Origin: Psilocybe cubensis
Lineage: Eukaryota
Direction: 5' to 3'
Assembly (NCBI GenBank): GCA_017499595.2
Contig: CM038998.1
Coordinates: 186,001 to 250,000, forward strand
Length of the DNA stretch: 64,000 nt
Notes under the pieces: model-generated
What the model saw: only the letters and a program-made list of their open reading frames with translations
Database searches by the model: none
Told to the model about the DNA's origin: nothing
Translations under genes and position numbers: made by a program
Shown here: piece by piece, positions 25,734 through 41,236 of the stretch
Position numbering within the stretch: position 1 is the stretch's first letter
Layout of the letters: every line of letters begins with the position of its first letter

Positions 25734-28244
25734 ATGCTGCATCCTCGTATCATTAAGCAAAAAAAGAAGGCACCAAAGTCTACACGTTCCTTTGCAACAC
25801 AACGCTCACAACGCCTAAAAGCATTCACAGCAGAAGATCTCAATGGTCTTGCAGACAAGATTAAAAAATACTTTAAATGGAGCCATACGCCGCGCGACTT
25901 CCAACTTGAAGCAATCAAAGCACAACTGCAGAATCGTGATGTACTTATTCATGCTGGGACGGGCAGTGGAAAAACCTTTATTGCCGCAGGCCCACATGCT
26001 TATGAAAAAACAGAGGGAATGGTAACAATAATGGTGTCTCCATTAATTGCTCTTCAAGACGAGCAGGTAAGTATATATGTGTATGTGCGCCAACGGCGAT
26101 AAGTAATTTACAGATACTTACAAACAGCTATAGGCAGAAAATTTCACAAAGGAATACGGACTCTCTGCAATCGCAATCAATAGCGCTCATGGAGGGTGCA
26201 CAGTGGAAGTTATGAAGGCATGCCACTCATTTTATTTTGGCTTGAAGTTTTATTAATCAATAAGAAGAATATATGCGCAGGAAAATGGCGGATTATAGTA
26301 ATCTCACCTGAGATGATACTTTCAAAACGCTTTATCAACAATGTTTTACGAAAGCCTGAAATGCGAAACCGTCTTCTATCAGTGGTGGTTGATGAGGCCC
26401 ATGTTGTGTCGCATTGGGGTTCTGGCTTTCGAAAAAAATACGGAACATTGGGAATTCTCCGCGCTCTACTGCCAAAAGACATTCCAATGGTTGCTATGTC
26501 AGCTACCCTTCCTGCGCGAGTTCGTCACGACGTCCTAAACAAGCTGCAATTTGACCATAACAACTACCTCTACCTTAACATTGGCAACGATCGACTGAAT
26601 GTCTCTCTTGTTGTTCGTGCTATACAGAATCCAATCAACTCTTACAGTGATCTCAACTTTGTGGTACCTGCCGATGTTAAAGAGCCAGATGACATCAAAA
26701 AAACATTCATTTACGCCGACAATATCACTACTGGAATTGAAATAATGGAATACCTCTACGAGTCATCAGGTGCTCCGGATTCATTTCGACAGGCTGGAAT
26801 TATACGTACATATAGTGCAGCATTTTCATCGGACTATCGTCGAACAGTCATGGAACTTTTCCGAAAGGGTGAAATCCGTATTCTTATTTGTACGGATGCG
26901 GCGGGAATGGTATGTTCTCTATAGCTCAATGTACAGTTAAAAATTCACATGCAGAATTAAACAGGGATGTAACATACTAGACATCGACATGGTTGTGCAA
27001 TGGAAGCTTCCATCCACAGTCTCATCATTTGTCCAGCGCGCAGGAAGAGCAGCACGAGGCCTTGGAAGAGTTGGTTTGGCCGTTCTTCTAGTTGAAAAAT
27101 CAGCATACGAGTGCGACTTGACAAAGATAGGATCATCAGTCACATCAACTGTTAAAGCCAAAAAAACAAAGAACATACGTGAGGCTACAACATATCCCAA
27201 AGCAACCGACAAAGACTATGCAATAAACCATGGATCTCGCCGTGGAGCGCATGGTGCACACAATACTACCCTTGACTCTAATTGCGATGTTCCTGTGGAC
27301 TTGCATGCCATTGACGAAGGTCTGTACAGTTTGGTACAGACAACAGTATGTCGACGGAAGGTTTTGAGGATAATATATGGAAATGTTCAATCAGGTACGT
27401 GCCAGTTTGTTTCTTAAACAAATAGAAACTCACTTATATCAAAGAGCCAACTGTTCCGTGCTGTGATCTATGCACTCCTTCTCTTCTCGATCTAACCCGC
27501 CCTGCACCGGCTGCCCCAAAAACACAAAAAAAAACGTCTACAGAAGGTGCAGTAGACCCAGAACTGCGAAAAGTTATTCTGGAATGGCGCAAATCTTTGT
27601 GGCATCGTGATTTTGGAGATTCAATGTTTGGACCATCTGGTATACTGTCAAATAATGCTGTCAATAAGCTGGCTTCGTATGGTGCAATTTTGCGACTAAC
27701 CGAGCTCGATGAAATACTAGGAGGAAATTGGCCCTGGTTTGGTAAGTATGGTGATGAACTTCTAGCACTGTTCAGAACAACAGTAATCGCACCTGCTAAA
27801 CCCAAGCCCTCGAGGGCTCGAACGACCGCTAAACGAACATTGGATGGAATCATGGGGGAAAGTGAGGGTGAGAACGGTGAGGAAAGAAAGCGACCGCGTC
27901 TCACTTCAACAGACATGCCATCGACGGCTACCAGTGCCGTGGCTTCTAATTCCCGCGCCACTCTGCCACCTGCAACTCCTGCGAGATTTGTGCCACCAAT
28001 TCAATATCCGTATTATTATCCAACCATCTCTCCACATACTCCGCAGAACACGAGGCATGTTATGCAGGGAAACCCTTATGCTGGCTATCTGCAAACACCA
28101 GCATCTTCAGCTGGAAGCTATATTCCTTCTAGTCCTATTCTTTTTAATTCCCCACATTACTATCCTTACTTCGGTCCTGCTGTCCAAATGTCGAACCGCC
28201 CGGACCTGCCATCTAATCTTAGAAGCAGTTCACCTGCGCCATAA
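25734..28244 (+). CDS. RecQ-like SF2 (DEAH) helicase of the transposon
   Basis: FQ..AI, AGTGSGKT, SPLIAL, VVDEAH..HWG..FR, MSAT, CTDAAGMGCN, QRAGRAAR, CRR..CCDLC Zn site, HRDC-like segment. An upstream in-frame ATG at 25554 is an alternative start. Confidence 0.9.
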
Positions 28245-28409
28245 TATATGATTTTTCGGCTCAAATTACAAGTCATTTTTTTCTCAAAAATTTTTTTTTT
28301 CGTGACCTTGTAAAAATGAATTTTATTATAAAAGAAACCTATCTAAATGATTCTGTAGACAACTTTTTTTTAAGTTGTGGAAGGTTGTTGTTGAGGCAAA
28401 TCGCGTTTT

Positions 28410-28612
28410 TTTCACTAAGTCCGAGTCACAAAACGAGGATTCCCTCAAATCCGAACCGTTTGTCCCAGGCCTTCTGTGAATCTCTCTCTTTTCGCACTCC
28501 GATCAATGTTTGACGACATAAACAAAGACAACATTTGTACAAACATATCACTCGGTACCTGCCTTATCTAGAAAAGAGACGAGATTCACAGAAGGCCTGG
28601 CTCGCGAGGCTA
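28410..28612 (-). repeat. Right terminal inverted repeat with internal hairpin
   Basis: Reverse complement reads TAGCCTCGCGAGCCAG-[stem-loop]-CTGGGACAAACGGTTCGG...TCGGACTTAGTGAAA. Confidence 0.85.
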
Positions 28613-28621
28613 GAAGTGAGG
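28613..28621 (+). repeat. Right target-site duplication GAAGTGAGG
   Basis: Identical to 20794-20802. Confidence 0.9.
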
Positions 28622-29158
28622 TTGCAGTTTTTGTTTCTCGATCGTGACATCTGACATCCCACAATGTAAGTAAGATGGGTACATTGACCGCTAGCGAAAA
28701 GTAAGGATTTTAAGAGTAAATGACACTACCCTGCAGCAGAGCATGTGGGAGAGGCCAACGGAATGGGAGTATACAGTTGATAGGGGGTGGCAGTCGCGAC
28801 AGATCTGATAAAATTGTTGAGCTAACATTCCAAAATCGAGACTAGAACAATAGATGGTCAGTCGATTTTCTGCACCGCTGTCTGCGTCGCCGATGATGAT
28901 CGATGAAATTGCAGTTACTGAATGACATTGAGTTTTCATCCGACTGTAGCCGAGTCCATCTCTGAGCTTATGCAAGTACATACGCTACTTTGCCTCCTCC
29001 AAGTCGTATCTGGCAGTTCAAGTCTAACTGACCATCTCCGTCCGTGCGTCTTGGCTTTGTTTCGCTCCTCCCTTTACGGCCTACTCGGTGCATCGCTAAA
29101 TGTATATAATGCAGCCCCGACCCCATCCCATCCTATCCACCAGTAAAATTTTTCAATC

Positions 29159-32545
<3,387 letters not shown>

Positions 32546-34090
32546 TTGTAGTTTTCGACGTAGTTGTCAGGATTTGCTTGAGGGATGGAGGGAGAGGGGG
32601 AGTCGGTTGGTGTATCATGATATGTTATGCTATAATATCATTCACCTGTACTTCCCTCAATCTCAATCTCAAACCTTGGCCACCTATCCACTTCTCCGTC
32701 ATCCCGCGCGCAATGTGCGTGTGTATCGCCTATTTGTTAAATCCTTTATCTTTATATTTAGCTTTATCTTTGTTTTTATTTTTCCAGTCAAGTGAAAGCG
32801 ACACGTCACTAGACTTGCACTACGCCCATTGCACTGTCTACTTAAATGCCAATCAGGATTCAAATGGATAGCGCGGGAATGGGACCGAGAAACATCGTGC
32901 TCAGGGGAACGAAATATATAAAGAATGAGTAATGAGTAATGTACTGTCAACTGCTCTTTTGTGTTATATTATGTTGTGTTATATTATATTATCTTGTCTT
33001 GTCTTGTTCCGCGTGGACGTGATGTTCCGACGTCTAACGTCCAATGTCCAATGTTGAGTGTTTGACAGAAAACCCAAATTCCGAAATGAAACGACTTGAC
33101 TTCCGGAGCTTCATAAGATGCACGATGGGAAGTTATTTATTGGCTATGTGCTATGAATTTTGTGGCTTTATTGTATTGTTTGTCTATTATCTATTATGTT
33201 CGGTGTCGACTGTGTCGATGCACCGGGTATGGGTATGGGTATGATGGGCATTGGCATGGTGCTTTTCGCACTCACTCTTCAACTCGTCATCGAAAATGAA
33301 GCACAACACCTTCTTAAACGCCCAGTTCAAGCAAGGGATGCAGACAAGACAAACGTCTTGTCTCGTCTCCTCTCCGTGCTCCTGTACAGTATACCCCTTT
33401 CCATCCTCTCGTATATGTGCTCCGGAGTTGTTCTCCTTGTATCCTTGTGTCCTTGTTGCCTTTATCTTTGTTCGTGTCCGTGTCTGTGTCTGTGTCTGTG
33501 CAGATGCTTAGCTGCTCATAACTGATTAACTGATTAACTGATTGTACCTCTCTCGTTCGCCTACTGTGCTCTTCCCGCCTACGCCTAGATCCTGAGGTCC
33601 GAGTCCTGGATCATCGGACACTTCCCATGTCATACAACATGCTCACCAATTCAAGTCGATTCTCTCAATGCACAAATCCACCTCGTTCAGCTCTCCTACC
33701 CTGAACAAGATCTCTTCATAGTCTTTGTCATACTCTTGCATGGCATCGGGCTATATGAATTCTACCCGCAATCAACTTATGCGCGCTTTCTTTTCTTAAA
33801 GTTTACGACTCTATTTATATGCTAAGATTCACTGTTAATTATAGTCGACAGGCAAATGCACGCGTACTTCTAGACACGACATAGACATCGACAACGACAC
33901 CGACTCAAATGCATCCCATAAATGATACCCCGAGGCGGTTATTTCTGTATTCTATCACACGATGAACGCCAAAAGCGGTTTTCACTTTGTTAGAAAGTAT
34001 AAAGAGTGCGGTTGTGTTCGGTGAATGGACGGCGTACATAGTTAATTTTCACTTGCTCTGTACTTTCTCTAGATCGTTACGGTATACGGT

Positions 34091-36575
34091 ATGGATCGCT
34101 TGAAGCATTTGAAGCAGCTGATTGTCCTCTCAGCGATTATTGTACGTTACAAAATATACTTTCATCATCAAATATTCACTCTAACACCATTGATTTCTCG
34201 ATTTCTTACAGGTCTCTACGACCGCATCGCCATCTGGGGTGCATGAAGCCAGGCAAGCCACATCCAGCCTTCCAAGCGGATGGTCCGCCATAGGATGCTT
34301 CAGGTATGCCTACTCATCACACTCATCTCCAATCCCACTGCTGTATCACTTCTGAATAACAACAATCCCGAAAAACTAGTGACTCCACCGATGCACGCAC
34401 GCTGCGCACCGCTGCGTTCACAGATGTAACTGGTATGACCATTGAGTCGTGTCTTGCATTTTGCGTACCGGCTGGGTACAAGTACGCCGGTGTCGAGTTC
34501 TCCAGGGTGAGATTTCATTTATTCCCTGGCTGCCGACGCGACGAAGATGATCGAATTTGCGTTTCAATCAGGAATGCTGTAAGCTTATCCCTAGCCACCG
34601 TTTAGTTAATAATAACGGTAATTTATAATCTATGGGTTGACTAGACTGCGACAACAACATCGAATCTCCCGGTGCGCCAATCGACGCCTCGGCATGCTCC
34701 ATGCCGTGTACAGGCAACTCTGGCGAAATATGCGGAGGCTCCAACGCAATAAACATTTTCCAAAGGTGTGTGTTTACAGCCATTTCTCCAACCAACACAA
34801 TACACATCCTAACATGCCAATTTCTTCAGCACACCGGCGCCACCGCTTCCGTCTGGATGGGAGGCCGTGGGCTGTTTCAGGTATATATCTCCTGCACTGT
34901 TTGTATACTTGCGAGAGCGGAATGTGCTGACACAAAAGCTAGTGATTCCACGGACTCGAGGACTTTACGTGTAGCCTCGTTCACGGATGTAACTGGTATG
35001 ACCATCGAATCGTGCCTTGAATTTTGCACCCCAGCCGGATACAAATACGCCGGGCTCGAGTTTGCTAGGGTACGTCCAAGTGCGCCGATTCCCCAGAGCT
35101 ACAAACATTCTGATTATCTGTGAAATGTATATAGGAGTGCTGTGAGTGTCCATTGTTTACAAAGACGCAGAGTCAGCGTTGAGTATGTATGTTTCTGTGT
35201 TAATGCTTCTCATAGACTGCGATAACGTTATCGAGTCCCCCGGAGCGCCAATTGCCGCATCATCCTGCTCGACACTTTGTACAGGTAGCGGTGTCGAGAT
35301 ATGCGGTGGATCCAATGCACTAAGTGTATTCCAGACGTATGTGATCGAAAATCCAACATCTATCAGACGACTGCACTTTGCTAACATCATCAAATCAGTA
35401 CCGAGGTTACCCCTCCTCCGCCTCCCCCAGCAAGCATCAAGCAAACAGCTGGAACCTTCAACTATGTTGGCTGCTTCACGTGCGTTAACCCCTCACTCTG
35501 CGTTGAAGAGTTGAAGATATTTAATTTTATCTGAAGTGATGCTGTTAATGGAGTGCCACGGTCTCTGGCTACAAAGGTCATGGGTGGAGACGCAACCGCT
35601 GAGACATGCACCGCGGCGTGCAAAACTGCCGGATTCGCACTCGCCGGATTGGAATTCGGTGGAGAATGCTGTATGTTTTCTACACTATACATTTCTATCT
35701 CATTGTCCTATTCTGACGAGTCGCGGCTTCATTGTTGTTGGCTAGGGTGCGACCACTACATGGCAAGGGCAAACCACGTTCCAGACTCTGACTGTAACTC
35801 TGTATGCGATGCCGACCACACCGAGCTCTGCGGTGCTGGAAACCGCCTCGCGGTATACCAAGACACGACAGCTACACAACTCAGCTTCCAAAATTGCATC
35901 CCAAGCTCGTTGATTACCCCCAACAGTCAAACGCCCTACGATTTCACGTTTATCATGAGCCCCGGTCCAGCAGGAGGTAGCCCAGTACCGTTGGCCCTCA
36001 TTCCCAACGGCGATCCATTCCCCATCCACGCAGGTGCGACTACGGAGCAGTTCTGGCAGCTCAGTGTAAGATTATCCCCTTACTCAACTGTGTAATATAA
36101 CCGAAACTCATTGTGTTTAATCTAGGGAAGGACGTTTGTACCTACCACACTTACACCGAAGCAGCCCGTAGAGTTTGCCCTCAACGGAGGCTTCATTGAC
36201 CCAGATCAAGTTACTCAACAGTTCAACCAGCCCATTCAGCCCGAACCCGGTAGCCCCATGCAATTTGAAGCAACGGGAATAGCTGTGGACGATTTCTCCG
36301 GCTACTGTGCTATGGTACGACCCATCATAAACACACTCTCCTTCCTAACCGCTAAGGCTGCCATTTTTTTTTGCTAGCCAAACCCGTCGATCACATTTGG
36401 GTCGCTATTTGGACCACCAGTTCTCGGTGTCACAGCGGACGGAGGGATTACAGGACAATCTAACATCTGGTCATCGTGCCAAAGTTCCCCGGGACCTTTG
36501 GACCCCATCTTCCAAGCTTCTGCACCGAGGAATGTTAACTGCACCAGCGTATTTTTAGAGATGCCTCCCATTTAG
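34091..36575 (+). CDS. Secreted WSC-domain protein (3 WSC) with a C-terminal domain of unknown type
   Basis: Signal peptide; three repeats of GCF.D..RTL..MTIESC..FC..GYKYAG.EF..EC.CD...C...C.G...EICGG.N...VF. Confidence 0.85.
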
Positions 36576-37702
36576 ATTGAAAAGAGGTGTTTATTTCGAA
36601 TTTTGCATTCCCATTTATCTATATTTCACATTGTGGAACGTTGAAAATGGTGCAAAGAGCAAATATATTTTGTAAATTATGGATCTGTTGAACGAAAATT
36701 TGTGGTCAAATAACCTTAGAAACTCAGAACTTCGACCCTGTGCGCAGCAGGTGCCGTATCTGTGCGTGTGAATACCTGTAAATTGCGGGCCACAAGGAAA
36801 GAAAGTAATTAATAGACAGCGCCCAACTTAAGTAAGAAGGGACCACTGACTCTCATTCTTTCAAATGACGTTTTAGACGGATGATCTTCTTCTCGATGGA
36901 CAATCCGTTATTCGGATTATTTTTATAGAATTCTAAAAGAATACTCTCCGAAAATCGTGCTCACTCCTCATCAGGTCAACGAGATAAACTTTATGCCATT
37001 CAATGCATGTTAAAATAGAAAACCTAGTTAATCCCGTCTCTGTCAAGTATCTGTCATGAGAATTATTTAGACGCCCGGCGCTCATGTTATGAGAACGAGG
37101 CAAGGCTTGCAAAAATCTATAAAAAAGATTAGATGTTTCCGTTATCACCATTTCTTAGATCCAAACATCATTCCATATCATTCAATGTCGTCCATATTCA
37201 AGATATGGAAGGATTACTGTGACTCGACGAAATTATCTTAAACTAGGTCCTGAAGAAGACTATCATGTCTCCCTCACATCGTTACAAGTCAGAGAGATGT
37301 ATGCCAAGACAATTCTCAACGTCATTCAAGGACATGTTAACCAACTCGATGTTCCGCTGATAACGTCCTGAATACATCCCTGCTTCTGATTAGATAAAGT
37401 TCGAATTCCGTAGATAATCGATGACGTATTACGTGTAACAGCGTCTATTCATCACATTCCGTGTGGTATGCTTTCTCATGAAAAATTCTCATTCCCAGTA
37501 TCCCCAGTGCTAGACTTTTCTAAGTTTATACATAGAAAGATATTCATTCGTAATTCTTTCAGCTTTTTGATTGGCCACTTTGATGTCTATGGCGATCCGG
37601 GAAATAAATGGGAGTTCAGCAAGATTTGATAGGTGCTATAAAAATAAAAGGAAAGACTCACTCAGGATATACACTTCTCTGAAAGCCTCAAACTACACGA
37701 CA

Positions 37703-38808
37703 ATGTACGACGACACTCTCCCTGTTGTCTCGGAGGACATGCGGAGGGATAGGTTCCTAACAAACCCTGCTATCGTCATTATCAACAAATTGAAACTGTT
37801 TTGCAAAGACTGTAGTCATTTCATTGTGCTTGAAACACCGTACAGCATCGAAGGATATACCAGACATGTACAGAAATGCAACCAGCTTGCTGCACAGGCG
37901 AGTTTCTACATTCGTGTATCCCTTATAATCTATCTCACCACATATCGGACGAGAACAGCTTCATACAGGTGCCAAGGCAGACCCAAGGAGTCGTCGGGAC
38001 CTGAGTCGAAGAGGTCGCGGAGGGGGAGTGTCAGCTAATATATCAGGTACGTTGGAAAGCTTCCGTAGGGGATACAAATAGCTTACATGGCTCATACAGC
38101 AGCGTCAATCCAAGACTCAGCACTCCATTGGCATAGTTCAACATTCACCTATCCGAATACTCTGTCACGTCATCCAGACCCTTTGCATCCTCGTTCAGAA
38201 TATCCACATTCACATCCAAATAACTCGTCACTTGGACATCATTATAACATTGTGAATCAGCCGAATTATAGTCAAATTGGTTGCCCGTATCTCAATGAGA
38301 CTTATTGCCCTACCGATGGACTACAAGGAACTTTCATGCCCCAATTTTTTGGGTTTGTTCCACTAAGGCCCCCCCAAGGTTTCTCCAATACCTATCCATT
38401 GTCGACCAACTGACATCTTACACTGTCTAGCGCCTCCATACGCACCCACTAATGGAACATCAAGCTTATCTGCAACAGCACCAGGTACATCCACATTGCA
38501 TCAGGTCCAAATATTATGCCAAATAACAGTGCTTAGATTACGACGGTACAATTCAGACTGCTGCTGCAGTAAAGGCTTTGACGACGCCCGTCGCAACTTC
38601 ATGTGCAGCACCACCAAAACAACCAACCCCAGTGGCTTTACCTCCGCAAACGGAAAAAGTCATACTACCTTCAATCAACTCATGGTTTCCTTCACGCATC
38701 GATTCTGGCCGCACTACGTCTTCCACTTGCATTACAGACCCTTCAACTGTATGCAAATCCCATCTACCTGCATGTCTATCGAAACACTCTCTCGATAGCG
38801 CTAATTAA
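37703..38808 (+). CDS. Hypothetical protein with N-terminal CxxC..H..C zinc-binding motif and P/S/T-rich tail
   Basis: RRDRFLTNP..LFCKDCSHFIVL..Y..HVQKC; TATAAA at about 37637; downstream exons approximate. Confidence 0.5.
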
Positions 38809-39149
38809 AGTGATTCAAGTAACCTAGCTTTGTATTTTGGTAAATGATGTTCAGAATTATCAAATGATCTTCTTTGGACCTTGAAGCAAAGCGCGCCTAA
38901 TGAGTATTAAACCGTTACACTCCGTGCTGCCAGAATTTAATTTATAGGTCACGGTGAAAGTCAGTGATTGTTCAATGTGGCTTTAATTATCCCATGGCTA
39001 TGGAGAGGACGGACAAAAATTAAACGACAGTGTCTATCAGCGCATTCTAAAGTAGGCCCGTTAGATCGTAGATTGTCAAGCAAAAAGGGTTTACGTCGCG
39101 CTGCAGAAATTAGAACCTGAAGATCGAAAGGCTTGGAACAAATAAAATG

Positions 39150-39223
39150 TGATTCGACCCAGGCTCGAACTGAGGACCTTCTGTGTGTTAGACAGATGCG
39201 ATAACCAACTACGCCATCGAACC
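39150..39223 (-). tRNA. tRNA-Val (anticodon AAC), intronless
   Basis: GGTTCGATGGCGTAGTTGGTTATCGCATCTGTCTAACACACAGAAGGTCCTCAGTTCGAGCCTGGGTCGAATCA folds as a cloverleaf; anticodon loop CTAACAC; T-rich run downstream. Confidence 0.95.
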
Positions 39224-39532
39224 TCTGCTGAGGCTCATCCGTCAAGCACTCCGTCCTTTATGACTACGGTTGATGAGAGGAGTTGAACCGCTGCGTATGT
39301 TCTGATAAATCTCACCGAAAAGTTCTGGATTCATGAATTCGTGATGGCACATATCCCTCCAAAACTAAAAGACATGGAGCAAGGTAGTTCTAGTAAATGA
39401 CAATGAAATAACATTTCCGTTTGTTATATAAAATATAGTTTCGACGATATATACTGTCCTGAAAATAATTCATATATGTAAGGAGGCCGGGAGATGTAAT
39501 AGGATGTTATTTCTGAATCGGAATCGATCTTA

Positions 39533-40135
39533 TCAGGTTGGAACCCAAAGGACACTGCGACCATTTTCATCTTGGGAAACTATGCAGGTTTTAACTCCAT
39601 CAGAGCGTCCATCAGAGTCGTTCGCGCGCTTAGGGAGACGGTCCCTGTGGTGTTTACGCCGGTGAGCAGAAGTAGATGTCCCTGGAGCATCACGCGACTC
39701 TGTACGCAGGCCCGGGGTCCTCCTTGTTCGATCCGGCGACACAACTGCAGTAGTCGTAGTGTACCTACCCCTCTTCACCACCGTGCGGGTGAACTCACCA
39801 CCGAAAATAGTAACGTTCTTCGCGCCCACGAAAAAAGATGGTGCACCCTCCGTGTCGGAATCGGCGAAAGGGGCCGAATCGGAGCTTGATTGTGAACTTT
39901 GTTCAACGTCTATCCCAGGAGTGGCCCGAACAGACTGAGGAGCTTCCGAGGTACTATTGATTACTACATCCCCCGATGTCTCGATGAAGGTGCAGTTTCG
40001 TAAATCGACAGTCGCACCCCCAAAAAACGAAGCAAGATGGTTCTTTATCTTATCAGTTCTCAAAGGAGGTGTATCGCCTTCTGGCCTTGCCCTTGTGGAC
40101 GCGACATCGGGGAGATTGTCGAAATTGCGGGGCAT
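39533..40135 (-). CDS. Intronless hypothetical protein (~200 aa) with two F-x-GG-x-F-like motifs
   Basis: Open ORF; TATAAA about 60 bp upstream of ATG 40135; motifs FFGGATVDLRNCTFIETSGDV and SFFVGAKNVTIFGGEFT. Confidence 0.6.
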   Translation of the reverse strand: MPRNFDNLPDVASTRARPEGDTPPLRTDKIKNHLASFFGGATVDLRNCTFIETSGDVVINSTSEAPQSVRATPGIDVEQSSQSSSDSAPFADSDTEGAPSFFVGAKNVTIFGGEFTRTVVKRGRYTTTTAVVSPDRTRRTPGLRTESRDAPGTSTSAHRRKHHRDRLPKRANDSDGRSDGVKTCIVSQDENGRSVLWVPT

Positions 40136-41236
40136 TCTCTTCGGGTGGGTACAGGTTGTGTTACAGAGAAATAACCGAAAATCAGGTGTATTTATATTCT
40201 TCATACGGTGCCACTGGTCCCATATTCATTTTTGTTTCTTAATGGCCGTGGGCCACCAAGGCTGTAACCCCTTTCAGTGTCCATGTCCATTGTTTGTCGG
40301 GCCTTCAGATACTTTTTTTTTGAAAATTACCCCAGTCGTTTCATTCAGGCGTTTCATTCAGGCATTCACTCCGTTTCTTGTGAGAATCGAGAGCATCATA
40401 CGTACTCGACTCCCATCACGGAGTGGCGTATTCACGGATTTTAGATCGATTACGCTCTTACCCTTGCACATCGATTTAATACACGCAAATGGATCAGATC
40501 CACCGCACTCGTAGGTATAAATAGACCCACATCGCTCAGCGCTTGGGCAGTGTTTGCCTTTAATACTTAGGGTGTGGATCGGTGTGAATGTTTGTCATTG
40601 TTCTATTTAACTTATTCCTTCTGAGATCACTGTCATATCTGATGGAATGCACTATACTCGATGAACCCTGCGAAAGGTTTGTATGGAGCAGTTAAGCAAC
40701 TTGAAGCCATAAGAGTTCGGATAATTTGAGCCGAGAAACGACGGCAATGATGGTTTTGAAGGAGAGTAAGAGACACTGAAGATCGTTCTCACCGTGATTG
40801 TTATCTTTTGTAGACATAGTCGTGGGAAATAAGTGGCGATGATTGCGGATGTTGTTGGTCCGTGCACTTTCCTAGTCTTCGTTGTACTCGACCAGCATAA
40901 CCACTACCTGCTCAAACATCTCCGGATCGATTAATCACATTGACTTAATCTTGTTTTCAGGTTCTCAATGATGTAGTATACAAAAAGTATACTAATACGG
41001 TTGACCTGGCAGTCCTTGCAGAAACTGTACACGCTAATACTTATTTTATTGAGAAATTCTTTCAACAGATTTTGATCATATTCACAGTGGCACTTGCATT
41101 CGGTGAGCTACAATTTGTACGGATTCCCTCTGCTACAGTTCGTCTACTATGTTCCCTGAGCATCTGCTCCGAACACGCATAAAGTTCAGCAAATATCCAT
41201 GGATCCAATCTACGTAAACCCGTATCTCACAACACT

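Larger units (their letters stand above)
20803..28612. mobile_element. AcademH-type DNA transposon (transposase + RecQ-like helicase), 7810 bp, apparently intact
   Basis: 9-bp direct repeat GAAGTGAGG at 20794-20802 and 28613-28621; termini TAGGCTCG...CGAGGCTA; imperfect TIR 20870-20928 vs 28410-28468; divergent transposase and helicase genes. Confidence 0.9.

Noticed and set aside
25734-28244. Host SGS1/RecQ ortholog or telomere-linked helicase
   Set aside because: Lies inside a TIR/TSD-bounded element, and no telomeric repeats are nearby
33160-33650. Hydrophobic Cys-rich ORF
   Set aside because: Largely produced by (TGTGTC)n and similar repeats; no supported family
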